Origin: a virus
Taxonomy: Duplodnaviria > Caudoviricetes
Length of the DNA stretch: 51,756 nt
IMG/VR virus record: IMGVR_UViG_3300024254_000011
Location: 1 to 51,756 of that record
Direction: 5' to 3' (one strand)
The notes under the pieces are model-generated. The model saw nothing but the letters and a program-made list of their open reading frames with translations. It ran no database searches and was not told where the DNA came from. The position numbers and the translations under genes were made by a program. Shown piece by piece: positions 1 through 6,558 of this stretch. The stretch's first letter is position 1, and every line of letters starts with the position of its first letter.

Positions 1-6
1 CGATTT

Positions 7-132
7 GTCATCTAATGCTCCCCTAAGCTCTTGCATCGGTGACCGTGCTAGACACTCACTCACAGAGAAAGATAGTGGTTGACAAATCGACGAAAGTCAT
101 GTATACTCTTGTGGTAAGCTGAAAGGACCAAG
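7..132. repeat. Terminal direct repeat, left copy (126 bp)
   Basis: 7-132 is identical to 51631-51756; either a true DTR or an assembly circular overlap. Confidence 0.95.
79..107 (+). promoter_or_regulatory. Sigma70-type promoter (duplicated at 51703-51731)
   Basis: TTGACA-17 bp-TATACT upstream of the ORF at 137. Confidence 0.85.
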
Positions 133-136
133 GACC

Positions 137-397
137 ATGATGCTTATGCAACTCCACGTTATCCGATTAGTCAGTGAACCAAGGCTTGCAAAGCCTGAAA
201 CAACTGTATTCGCGGAACAATACGGCATCCGCGAACTATCCCCCTCCGAAGCTGTCCACCTTCATGATGCTGATAAGACCACATGCGTTGTCTGTGGTCG
301 CAGCGGCTTCATGCCTTGGACGGATAGCAAGGACCGCTTCCAATCCAACGCAAGGCGCTGCGGTGATCTGCCTCCGGTAGAGGTTGATCTGTCATAG
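137..397 (+). CDS. Hypothetical early protein with CxxC motif
   Basis: ORF directly after a promoter with AAGGA RBS; CVVCG motif. Confidence 0.6.
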   Translation: MMLMQLHVIRLVSEPRLAKPETTVFAEQYGIRELSPSEAVHLHDADKTTCVVCGRSGFMPWTDSKDRFQSNARRCGDLPPVEVDLS

Positions 398-410
398 TCG
401 CTATCAGCCC

Positions 411-448
411 TAGCACAGTCATCGTCACTTCCCTATATGACTGTGTTA
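411..448. promoter_or_regulatory. Inverted pair of the TAGCACAGTCAT motif (candidate operator)
   Basis: TAGCACAGTCAT at 411-422 and ATGACTGTGTTA at 437-448, 14-bp spacer, intergenic. Confidence 0.55.
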
Positions 449-496
449 GTTCGGGTAGCCTTCGTTACCCATCAGCCATGGAAAGGAGAAACCATC

Positions 497-1111
497 ATGG
501 CATCTACCGATCTGAACGTACCATGCCCAAAGGCCAAGGGAGTATTCACCGTCACCAAGGAGGATATCGACGCACTACCAGAGTCAACGTATCGTGAGAT
601 TATGCTTCAAGGGCTGAAGTCTGTCCTAGCCCGTGGACAGAGCAAGATCACCGCAGACACCTATCCGAGTGAGGATGAGCGTAGGAACGCGGTTATGCAG
701 ATCGTTGCCAAGAATTGGAACGATTGCCAGAACGGCGCCATCAAGATCACTGGTGGCAAGGCTAAGAAAGCTGGCGCTGGCGCTATCATGACTGAAGCCC
801 GTCGCCTTGCTCGACAGGCTGTCAAGGACGCAATCAAAGCCGATGGTGGCAAGATCAGCCACTATGAAGCCAGCGAAATCACCAAGGCTGCTAACGCCTT
901 GATCGAGGAATATCCTGAGTACCTCGAACAGGCAACGAAGAACGTTGATGAGAGAAAGGCAAAGCCCCCTGCGGTCGCTATCCTCTCATCCATCAAAGTC
1001 TCTGAGAAGAAGGTTGCGGCAGCTAAGGCCAAGACGAAGAAAGGCGTCGGTCAACTCTCTGCAACACAGGCTGGCCTAACTGCAAAGCCGCGTCCGGCAG
1101 CGCAACAGTAA
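497..1111 (+). CDS. Lys/Ala-rich hypothetical protein, possibly DNA-binding
   Basis: Start moved to ATG 497 after AAGGAG; basic KAK-rich C-terminal tail; terminator follows. Confidence 0.8.
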   Translation: MASTDLNVPCPKAKGVFTVTKEDIDALPESTYREIMLQGLKSVLARGQSKITADTYPSEDERRNAVMQIVAKNWNDCQNGAIKITGGKAKKAGAGAIMTEARRLARQAVKDAIKADGGKISHYEASEITKAANALIEEYPEYLEQATKNVDERKAKPPAVAILSSIKVSEKKVAAAKAKTKKGVGQLSATQAGLTAKPRPAAQQ

Positions 1112-1120
1112 CTGAGTATA

Positions 1121-1150
1121 GGCCGGGGGTACACTTGCCCCCGGCTCTTT
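1121..1150 (+). terminator. Intrinsic terminator
   Basis: GCCGGGGGTA/TGCCCCCGGC stem then TCTTT. Confidence 0.65.
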
Positions 1151-1175
1151 CCATTCTAACACAAGGAACAAAGCT

Positions 1176-1883
1176 ATGTCTAACGTAACAACTTACCCCC
1201 ATACTGAGGAACAAGAGATGGGCAAGGTGAAGGAGATCTTCGATCGTGCCCTCAACGCTCTTGTCAGCGCATCCTCTCTAGCCAAGGAAGTAGAGCAGGT
1301 AAAGAGCGATCTTGAAGCCCTTACCTCTCAGGTCAACCACTATCGCAACACTATCGCTAATCAAGACGATCAGATCACAAGGCTTCGGCAGGATCGTGAC
1401 GCTGCAAGGACAGCGCAATATCAGGCTGAAGATACCGCAAGGCACATGACTACGCAGATTGAGACTATCAAGCGTGAGAACGATAGTCTCAATGGCTCTA
1501 ACATCAGGCTCAATGATCGTATCTCTGAGGTTACTAAAGAGCGTGACGATGCTCAATTCAAGCTCTTGGAACTTCAAGAGAGCCATGCTGCCCTCTCTAA
1601 GAAGCTGGACGACGTTAAGGCCCACATGCAGTCTGTCTTTGGCTTAGCTGAGCCTCAGCCAGCCAAGACCTCTGACTTACTCAGCAAAGAGCCTGTAGCT
1701 GAGCCTCTAGCACAGTCATCGCCGCAGGGTCTTGAGCCTGACTGGATGCCAAGGACTGAGCCGACCCCTGAGCCTGTCAAAGCCTCTGACTACTGGGGCA
1801 GCGACAGCGGGGATCAGAACCCCGAGGCTCCAACTAATCCCCCAGAGCCTTCCCCTTCCTTCCCGGAAGATATCAAGCGGTAA
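1176..1883 (+). CDS. Coiled-coil protein with Pro/acidic disordered tail
   Basis: 235-aa ORF, heptad pattern, P/E-rich C-terminus. Confidence 0.8.
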   Translation: MSNVTTYPHTEEQEMGKVKEIFDRALNALVSASSLAKEVEQVKSDLEALTSQVNHYRNTIANQDDQITRLRQDRDAARTAQYQAEDTARHMTTQIETIKRENDSLNGSNIRLNDRISEVTKERDDAQFKLLELQESHAALSKKLDDVKAHMQSVFGLAEPQPAKTSDLLSKEPVAEPLAQSSPQGLEPDWMPRTEPTPEPVKASDYWGSDSGDQNPEAPTNPPEPSPSFPEDIKR

Positions 1884-1890
1884 CGCAACT

Positions 1891-1920
1891 AAGGGAGCGC
1901 AAATGCTCCCTTCCCTTTTC
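1891..1920 (+). terminator. Intrinsic terminator
   Basis: AAGGGAGC/GCTCCCTT stem, pyrimidine tail. Confidence 0.6.
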
Positions 1921-1933
1921 CATGAGGTAAGCC

Positions 1934-2137
1934 ATGAGTCCATTACTAGACTATCCACATGATGCAAAGGCAATTCACCATATCTCATCTACTCGTCCTA
2001 TAGCCAAGAAGGAGTACACTTGTCAATGCTGCAATAAGCCTATCCTTAAAGGACAGAAGCACTTTAAGTTCGTCTATAAGGTAGGGAAGGACGATAAGAT
2101 ACGTTGGGAACGCTCTCACTTGCACTGTGGAGAATAG
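1934..2137 (+). CDS. Small zinc-binding protein
   Basis: GAGG RBS; AKKEYTCQCC...HLHC pattern common in small phage Zn-finger proteins. Confidence 0.7.
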   Translation: MSPLLDYPHDAKAIHHISSTRPIAKKEYTCQCCNKPILKGQKHFKFVYKVGKDDKIRWERSHLHCGE

Positions 2138-2139
2138 CC

Positions 2140-2628
2140 ATGAGAAAGGAACTAAGACGGGAACTATGTCGAACCTTTGGCCATGAGATGTGGACTGAGT
2201 TAAGAGAGTATTTAGTAGAGGCCACGAAGCCATACCCAGTTAAGTTTAGCTGGAAGTGTATAGCCAAGGGACGAAGCAAGAAGGGGTCTCACTGTATAGT
2301 CACTGAACAAGGCAATGAGGACCCTAACACTAATGGATGGTACACTACAGAGTTCTTCACCTATATCCGGTTCAAGGGGTGCGATAATATCTTTCGTTAC
2401 AAGAACCCCATTGAACTAGTCAACCACATCAGATACTTTGATGAAACTCTGATGACTGAACTGGAAGAAGGTGATGAGTTCATCCTTGAGCCTCCGGGGT
2501 TAGCACGGAGTCATGAGTACTCTAATGAGCGGCGTAAGGCTATCAAAGATGGAACTTGGATAGTTAAGCCAAGAGGCCCTAACCCTAATATGCGTAGAAC
2601 AACAGTACATCACTTCCGTCCATTCTAA
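2140..2628 (+). CDS. Hypothetical protein
   Basis: Start moved to ATG 2140 after GGAG; terminator follows. Confidence 0.7.
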   Translation: MRKELRRELCRTFGHEMWTELREYLVEATKPYPVKFSWKCIAKGRSKKGSHCIVTEQGNEDPNTNGWYTTEFFTYIRFKGCDNIFRYKNPIELVNHIRYFDETLMTELEEGDEFILEPPGLARSHEYSNERRKAIKDGTWIVKPRGPNPNMRRTTVHHFRPF

Positions 2629-2632
2629 CTTT

Positions 2633-2665
2633 AAGGGCCAGCCACTACGCTGGCCCTTTCTCTTT
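2633..2665 (+). terminator. Intrinsic terminator
   Basis: AAGGGCCAGC/GCTGGCCCTT 10-bp stem then TCTCTTT. Confidence 0.75.
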
Positions 2666-2753
2666 CCCACAATCCCTTCACAAATCCTCTCGCACCTAAC
2701 CTGCGATAATCAGGGATCATCAGGGAAATCTGGCTCTTGAAAGAAATTAGGGC

Positions 2754-2782
2754 TTGACAAATCCATGAAACTCATGTATAAT
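2754..2782 (+). promoter_or_regulatory. Consensus sigma70-type promoter
   Basis: TTGACA-17 bp-TATAAT. Confidence 0.9.
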
Positions 2783-2813
2783 GGTCTGGTACAATGGATA
2801 GGAGCAACCAAGG

Positions 2814-3116
2814 ATGACTCCCGATCCTAACGTCTATAACTGTATCATTTGTGACAATCCCTTGAGCGAATGGCATGTTACGAACCATATGCCATGTTGC
2901 TCAAAGGATTGCTACACAATGATGAAGTTCTATCGCCAGCGCCGTCATACCTGGACCGATAGACAACGTGGGGGATTAGGCGCACAGAGTAAACAAGGAG
3001 AGAAAAAAGAATGTGTATGTTGTGGGCGAGTATTCGTATCCCGTAATTCAAGACACAGTACCTGCTCACCAACATGCTCAGAGCTTCGTAAGTACGGATA
3101 CAAGATTAATCAATAG
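2814..3116 (+). CDS. Double zinc-finger protein
   Basis: Two CxxC...CSxxC modules; AGGAG RBS. Confidence 0.7.
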   Translation: MTPDPNVYNCIICDNPLSEWHVTNHMPCCSKDCYTMMKFYRQRRHTWTDRQRGGLGAQSKQGEKKECVCCGRVFVSRNSRHSTCSPTCSELRKYGYKINQ

Positions 3117-3144
3117 CGGAAAGTCTTGCAAGGGAGAGTTTCCA

Positions 3145-3306
3145 ATGGATTGGCGTAAGCTTGAACGTGAACTAATCGACATTCTCAAAACTCAAGACGT
3201 AGACCTCACCAGTGAAGCTGGTGACACCATCCTTATTGACGATAAGGGTGGTATTCTATTCAGCATCAGCGACTTAGCCAAGCAACTGGCGTTGAGGCTC
3301 TCATGA
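3145..3306 (+). CDS. Hypothetical protein
   Basis: Start moved to ATG 3145 after GGGAG; ATGA overlap with the next gene. Confidence 0.65.
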   Translation: MDWRKLERELIDILKTQDVDLTSEAGDTILIDDKGGILFSISDLAKQLALRLS

Positions 3307-3533
3307 CCCTCTACAACGCCTTCACAACCTCACAAGGTATCCGCATCACAAAATGGGATGACGACTTCAATGTCGAGTCCTCTTATCTCGTCTCTGATCA
3401 AGGCTGTGAGTGCCCTGCCGCTAAGCCCTGTAAGCACATGACGATGCTAAAACGCTTCCGTCTAACCGGCGTTATCGACGACAACGACTTCTACGACCCT
3501 GAAACCGATCAACACTACGGGTTAAACCTATGA
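3303..3533 (+). CDS. SWIM-type zinc-finger protein
   Basis: GCECPAAKPCKH fits CxC-xn-CxH. Confidence 0.7.
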   Translation: MTLYNAFTTSQGIRITKWDDDFNVESSYLVSDQGCECPAAKPCKHMTMLKRFRLTGVIDDNDFYDPETDQHYGLNL

Positions 3534-3865
3534 ACGACCTCCCCGCTGAAACCGGCCGACCAATCTACGCCGTTACAATGTGGTCCGATGAGAACTGGAT
3601 ATACGTCGAACTGCCGGTTCGTGGGCAGGTTCCGTATATCTGCAAGTTCGCCTTCACCGAAGGTGGGCTAAGCAAAGCCTTACACGTCTTAAGAACAGCG
3701 AGGCAGAAGACGCTGCCATCCACCGTCACAATGAGCAAGAAAGCCTTGGTTGGCCATATCGCTAAGGCCGACCCAAGAGTGCGAAGACCACCACCAAAAT
3801 CTACAGAAGAACAACGCAAACAGGCAACGGAGGTCCTGCGCAAGCTGAAGCTTCTCAACAAATAG
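3530..3865 (+). CDS. Hypothetical protein
   Basis: 111-aa ORF, translationally coupled. Confidence 0.7.
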   Translation: MNDLPAETGRPIYAVTMWSDENWIYVELPVRGQVPYICKFAFTEGGLSKALHVLRTARQKTLPSTVTMSKKALVGHIAKADPRVRRPPPKSTEEQRKQATEVLRKLKLLNK

Positions 3866-3873
3866 GAGTAGTC

Positions 3874-4428
3874 ATGTTACGACTTGTTGTAACTACCTTA
3901 GCAGTCGGGACGGTACTAAACGCAGTTGCAATAACTCAAGTCGAGGCTAGGAAGCATCACAGGCATCATCACCATAGAGTAGTAGATGCAAATGGAAACA
4001 GCGGCACTATCCAATCAAAGACCGGCGCTAAAGCCGTGGTTGGCGCTAAATACGCTGCGCTATTTCAAGGCTACATCGACGACCTCGAAAACAACGGCGC
4101 TACCATCAAAGACCTTGGTGGCAACCGTAGAGGCCGCTGTAGCCCTCGCCATATGCACTCTTGTGGCAAAGCCATTGATGTATGTCAGTTGCGACGTGGA
4201 GTTGTACGAACTGACTGCAATCTCCCATCAAAAGAAATTATGGCAAGGATCGCGGCTGACCATGGACTATTTGAAGGTGGTTTATGGTGCAATTCAGATT
4301 ACGGACATGCCCAAGTCGGGGTATCTGCCCCCGCTTGCGGAACAACGATGATGGCGAAGGCAAAGGAAAGGAAAGTCAGGTATGTCACTAGGAACCACGG
4401 GTTAAGAACGCAATGGTCGATCAAGTAG
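3874..4428 (+). CDS. Exported peptidase M15/extensin-like (Hedgehog/DD-peptidase fold) protein
   Basis: Signal peptide (..VEA), His-rich linker, HSCGKAID and DYGH Zn-ligand motifs. Confidence 0.65.
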   Translation: MLRLVVTTLAVGTVLNAVAITQVEARKHHRHHHHRVVDANGNSGTIQSKTGAKAVVGAKYAALFQGYIDDLENNGATIKDLGGNRRGRCSPRHMHSCGKAIDVCQLRRGVVRTDCNLPSKEIMARIAADHGLFEGGLWCNSDYGHAQVGVSAPACGTTMMAKAKERKVRYVTRNHGLRTQWSIK

Positions 4429-4634
4429 CAAAAGCACTATGCGAGGCCGCCGGTCGTTCAATATATCACGATCCAGATACGCAGCTTTTGGCTTGCTCTT
4501 GTTGCGACAAATTGCCGAACGGTACAAGACGTTGCATCTATTGGGAGACGTTTAGGGGTGAGGCGCGGGCGGCAATCTTGGCGGCTTATGCATGGCACAA
4601 AAAGGAAAGACGATGGCCGGGTTTTTGCAAATGA
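4413..4634 (+). CDS. Hypothetical protein
   Basis: VAKALC...WETFRGEARAAI pattern typical of small phage proteins. Confidence 0.6.
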   Translation: MVDQVAKALCEAAGRSIYHDPDTQLLACSCCDKLPNGTRRCIYWETFRGEARAAILAAYAWHKKERRWPGFCK

Positions 4635-4656
4635 TCGCGGCGTTCAGGACTAGATA

Positions 4657-4770
4657 ATGCCGGAACTTGAGCAATGGATCGAAGTAGCAATGGCCATCCG
4701 GCACACATGCCAGAACCTTGCAGAGTTCGACAAGCTGATTGAGCAGCAAAGAACCCGAAGGGCTAGATAA
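4657..4770 (+). CDS. Small hypothetical protein (37 aa, not in the ORF track)
   Basis: AGGA RBS; TAATG coupling at both ends. Confidence 0.5.
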   Translation: MPELEQWIEVAMAIRHTCQNLAEFDKLIEQQRTRRAR

Positions 4771-4874
4771 TGCCGCAACCAACACAAGAGCAAATCGAGG
4801 CGGCGGCTCGGGCGCTGAAAGCATTGGCGGCGCTAACGCCCGATAAACACCGGAGCGGCCATGAGGGTAAATGA
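4770..4874 (+). CDS. Small hypothetical protein (34 aa, not in the ORF track)
   Basis: MPQPTQEQIEAAARAL...TPDKHRS; TAATG coupling. Confidence 0.5.
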   Translation: MPQPTQEQIEAAARALKALAALTPDKHRSGHEGK

Positions 4875-4875
4875 C

Positions 4876-5043
4876 ATGACAACAGGCCGTCTATTGAAAC
4901 TGCATCGGCATATAAATTCGGTATTCCTAATGAGGCGTGATGCGGGCTATTCAGTTGCCAGCATCTATTCACAATTAAAGACTGTCGAGCGCCGGTTGAG
5001 CGATCTGGGGATTTTTTGGGCGCCCGATAAACGCCGGGAATGA
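4876..5043 (+). CDS. Small hypothetical protein
   Basis: GAGG RBS; ends APDKRRE. Confidence 0.55.
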   Translation: MTTGRLLKLHRHINSVFLMRRDAGYSVASIYSQLKTVERRLSDLGIFWAPDKRRE

Positions 5044-5234
5044 CGGAGTGCGAGCAACATGAATGGCGAAAAACCGGAGAAGTACGAAAGTACATCAATG
5101 ATGATGGGCGACTTTTCCGGCATGGCAACAAGCCGGTGGCAATTCTTAGATGCGCCAGATGCAGCCAATCGGGGTTTCGTCACTTGGATAGTGACGTGGT
5201 TTACACCTGGGCGAAACTTAAACAACGGCACTAA
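5040..5234 (+). CDS. Small zinc-ribbon-like protein
   Basis: CxxHxW...RCARC; ATGA and TAATG coupling. Confidence 0.6.
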   Translation: MTECEQHEWRKTGEVRKYINDDGRLFRHGNKPVAILRCARCSQSGFRHLDSDVVYTWAKLKQRH

Positions 5235-5407
5235 TGATTGAACACACGCCCGATAAACAACGCGACGTCACCACCACGGGGCCGTGGGCAACGGACACGC
5301 CAGAGAAACGCCGGGATGAAATAGGGTACGTGCCAAAAGACGATCCGAGGCTAAACACGATAATCGGGCCGCCGCGTTTGCCCGATAAACGCCGGGAGGA
5401 AACATGA
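5234..5407 (+). CDS. Small hypothetical protein (57 aa) with three PDK/PEK-R repeats (not in the ORF track)
   Basis: TAATG start, ATGA end overlap. Confidence 0.5.
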   Translation: MIEHTPDKQRDVTTTGPWATDTPEKRRDEIGYVPKDDPRLNTIIGPPRLPDKRREET

Positions 5408-5466
5408 CAATTCTGCTCATTATCCTAATCGTGATCGTGATCATAGAATTGTTGTACCCAGGTTAG
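5404..5466 (+). CDS. 20-aa hydrophobic membrane peptide
   Basis: GGAGG RBS; MTILLIILIVIVIIELLYPG. Confidence 0.5.
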   Translation: MTILLIILIVIVIIELLYPG

Positions 5467-5478
5467 CAGGAGGGAAAC

Positions 5479-5610
5479 ATGATACAGATCATACTTACAC
5501 TTGCGATCCTACTCTCTGGATGCGGCTTCTGTAGCGATCCAAAGTGCGATCCAAACACCGTTCGCTGCGGCAACGGATACTACGCAAAAACAAAGGCCCA
5601 ATGCCCATGA
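5479..5610 (+). CDS. Small Cys-rich lipoprotein (43 aa, not in the ORF track)
   Basis: GGAGG RBS; MIQIILTLAILLSGC lipobox; four further Cys. Confidence 0.65.
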   Translation: MIQIILTLAILLSGCGFCSDPKCDPNTVRCGNGYYAKTKAQCP

Positions 5611-5798
5611 CCAACCGACCCCGCATGCGCAAACGTAAGCGCAAACTCCGACAGGTCCTCTTCGAACTCAAAGAGGTCATCTACCCGACTGAAATCCACG
5701 TTCCTGAGGTAGCGGAAATCCCTCTACCTGAGGAACCTAGCACAGTCATAGTCGCAGTCCCTCCCTCTCCCCCTTCTCTCAAACGGAGGTCATGGTGA
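5607..5798 (+). CDS. Hypothetical protein ending LKRRSW
   Basis: Start moved to the ATGA overlap at 5607. Confidence 0.55.
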   Translation: MTNRPRMRKRKRKLRQVLFELKEVIYPTEIHVPEVAEIPLPEEPSTVIVAVPPSPPSLKRRSW

Positions 5799-6145
5799 TG
5801 GAACAGTTTCTTATAGCGCATAAGGTAAGGGGTGAACCTGCGTTTGATATCGCTATCAACATTGGTAATGAAGAAGATGGGGATATGTGGATCATCCCTA
5901 CCTCAGGGCATAGGGCCTATCCTTACTGGAAGGTAGAGGTTGATGCGCTGTTAGTTGATCAAACCGCCAGCGTTCATCCCTTCGTTATCCATCTCCTTCC
6001 ATCACTGATGCCCCCTGACCTTCCAGACCATTACGAAGTCTCCGCAGCGCCGAAAGGCAAAGGCTCAGGTACCAGCGGTCGTGACCTTCTTGCAAAGCTT
6101 GGCTTGGCTAAGCCTCTCGAGCCGTTGAAGAGGAGAAGCTGGTGA
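5798..6145 (+). CDS. Hypothetical protein ending LKRRSW
   Basis: TGATG coupling with GGAGG 8 nt upstream. Confidence 0.75.
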   Translation: MEQFLIAHKVRGEPAFDIAINIGNEEDGDMWIIPTSGHRAYPYWKVEVDALLVDQTASVHPFVIHLLPSLMPPDLPDHYEVSAAPKGKGSGTSGRDLLAKLGLAKPLEPLKRRSW

Positions 6146-6228
6146 ACTGGTTCCTTATCATCTCCGGCTGCGCTATCGGCTTCCTCGTCGGTTACTTCTT
6201 CATGTGGTACATGGGAATGATCCCATAA
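6142..6228 (+). CDS. 28-aa membrane peptide
   Basis: GAGGAG RBS, GTGA overlap; MNWFLIISGCAIGFLVGYFFMWYMGMIP. Confidence 0.55.
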   Translation: MNWFLIISGCAIGFLVGYFFMWYMGMIP

Positions 6229-6241
6229 CAAGGAAACCAAT

Positions 6242-6442
6242 ATGTCCGTCCCAACCGAAGGTGAATGTTACGCTAGGCTAATGGAGCATATAATCCGCTG
6301 TGAGGAAGAGTCCGCTATGCTTGCGCATCTCTGCAACGCCAACGACCATCGCTCAAAGGCCCTTCAATGGCTCAATGTTAGCGAGTTCTTTCGTCAAATG
6401 CAAGTGAAACTCACTTCTATCGCAATGGGACGTATGCAATGA
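6242..6442 (+). CDS. Hypothetical protein
   Basis: AAGGA RBS, 66 aa. Confidence 0.7.
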   Translation: MSVPTEGECYARLMEHIIRCEEESAMLAHLCNANDHRSKALQWLNVSEFFRQMQVKLTSIAMGRMQ

Positions 6443-6558
6443 CTCGCCTCATCCCCCTAATCATATTCGCCATAATATTCTTAATGTGGGCTGGTGTAAT
6501 GAATGAAATGAAAAACCTTACTATTGCTGCATATCATAAATGCGAGGGCCAGCCATGA
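6439..6558 (+). CDS. 39-aa single-TM protein
   Basis: ATGA overlaps on both sides; hydrophobic N-terminus. Confidence 0.5.
   Translation: MTRLIPLIIFAIIFLMWAGVMNEMKNLTIAAYHKCEGQP

Larger units (their letters stand above)
4838..5397 (+). repeat. Dispersed GCCCGATAAAC(GCCGGGA) repeat, 4 copies plus 1 degenerate
   Basis: Copies at 4838, 5022, 5248, 5380; degenerate GCCAGAGAAACGCCGGGA at 5299. Confidence 0.85.

Noticed and set aside
4838-5397. CRISPR mini-array from the GCCCGATAAAC repeats, with the Cas4-like nuclease
   Set aside because: Repeats are 11-18 nt, irregularly spaced (about 50-230 nt) and inside ORFs; the nuclease sits in a standard recombination module.
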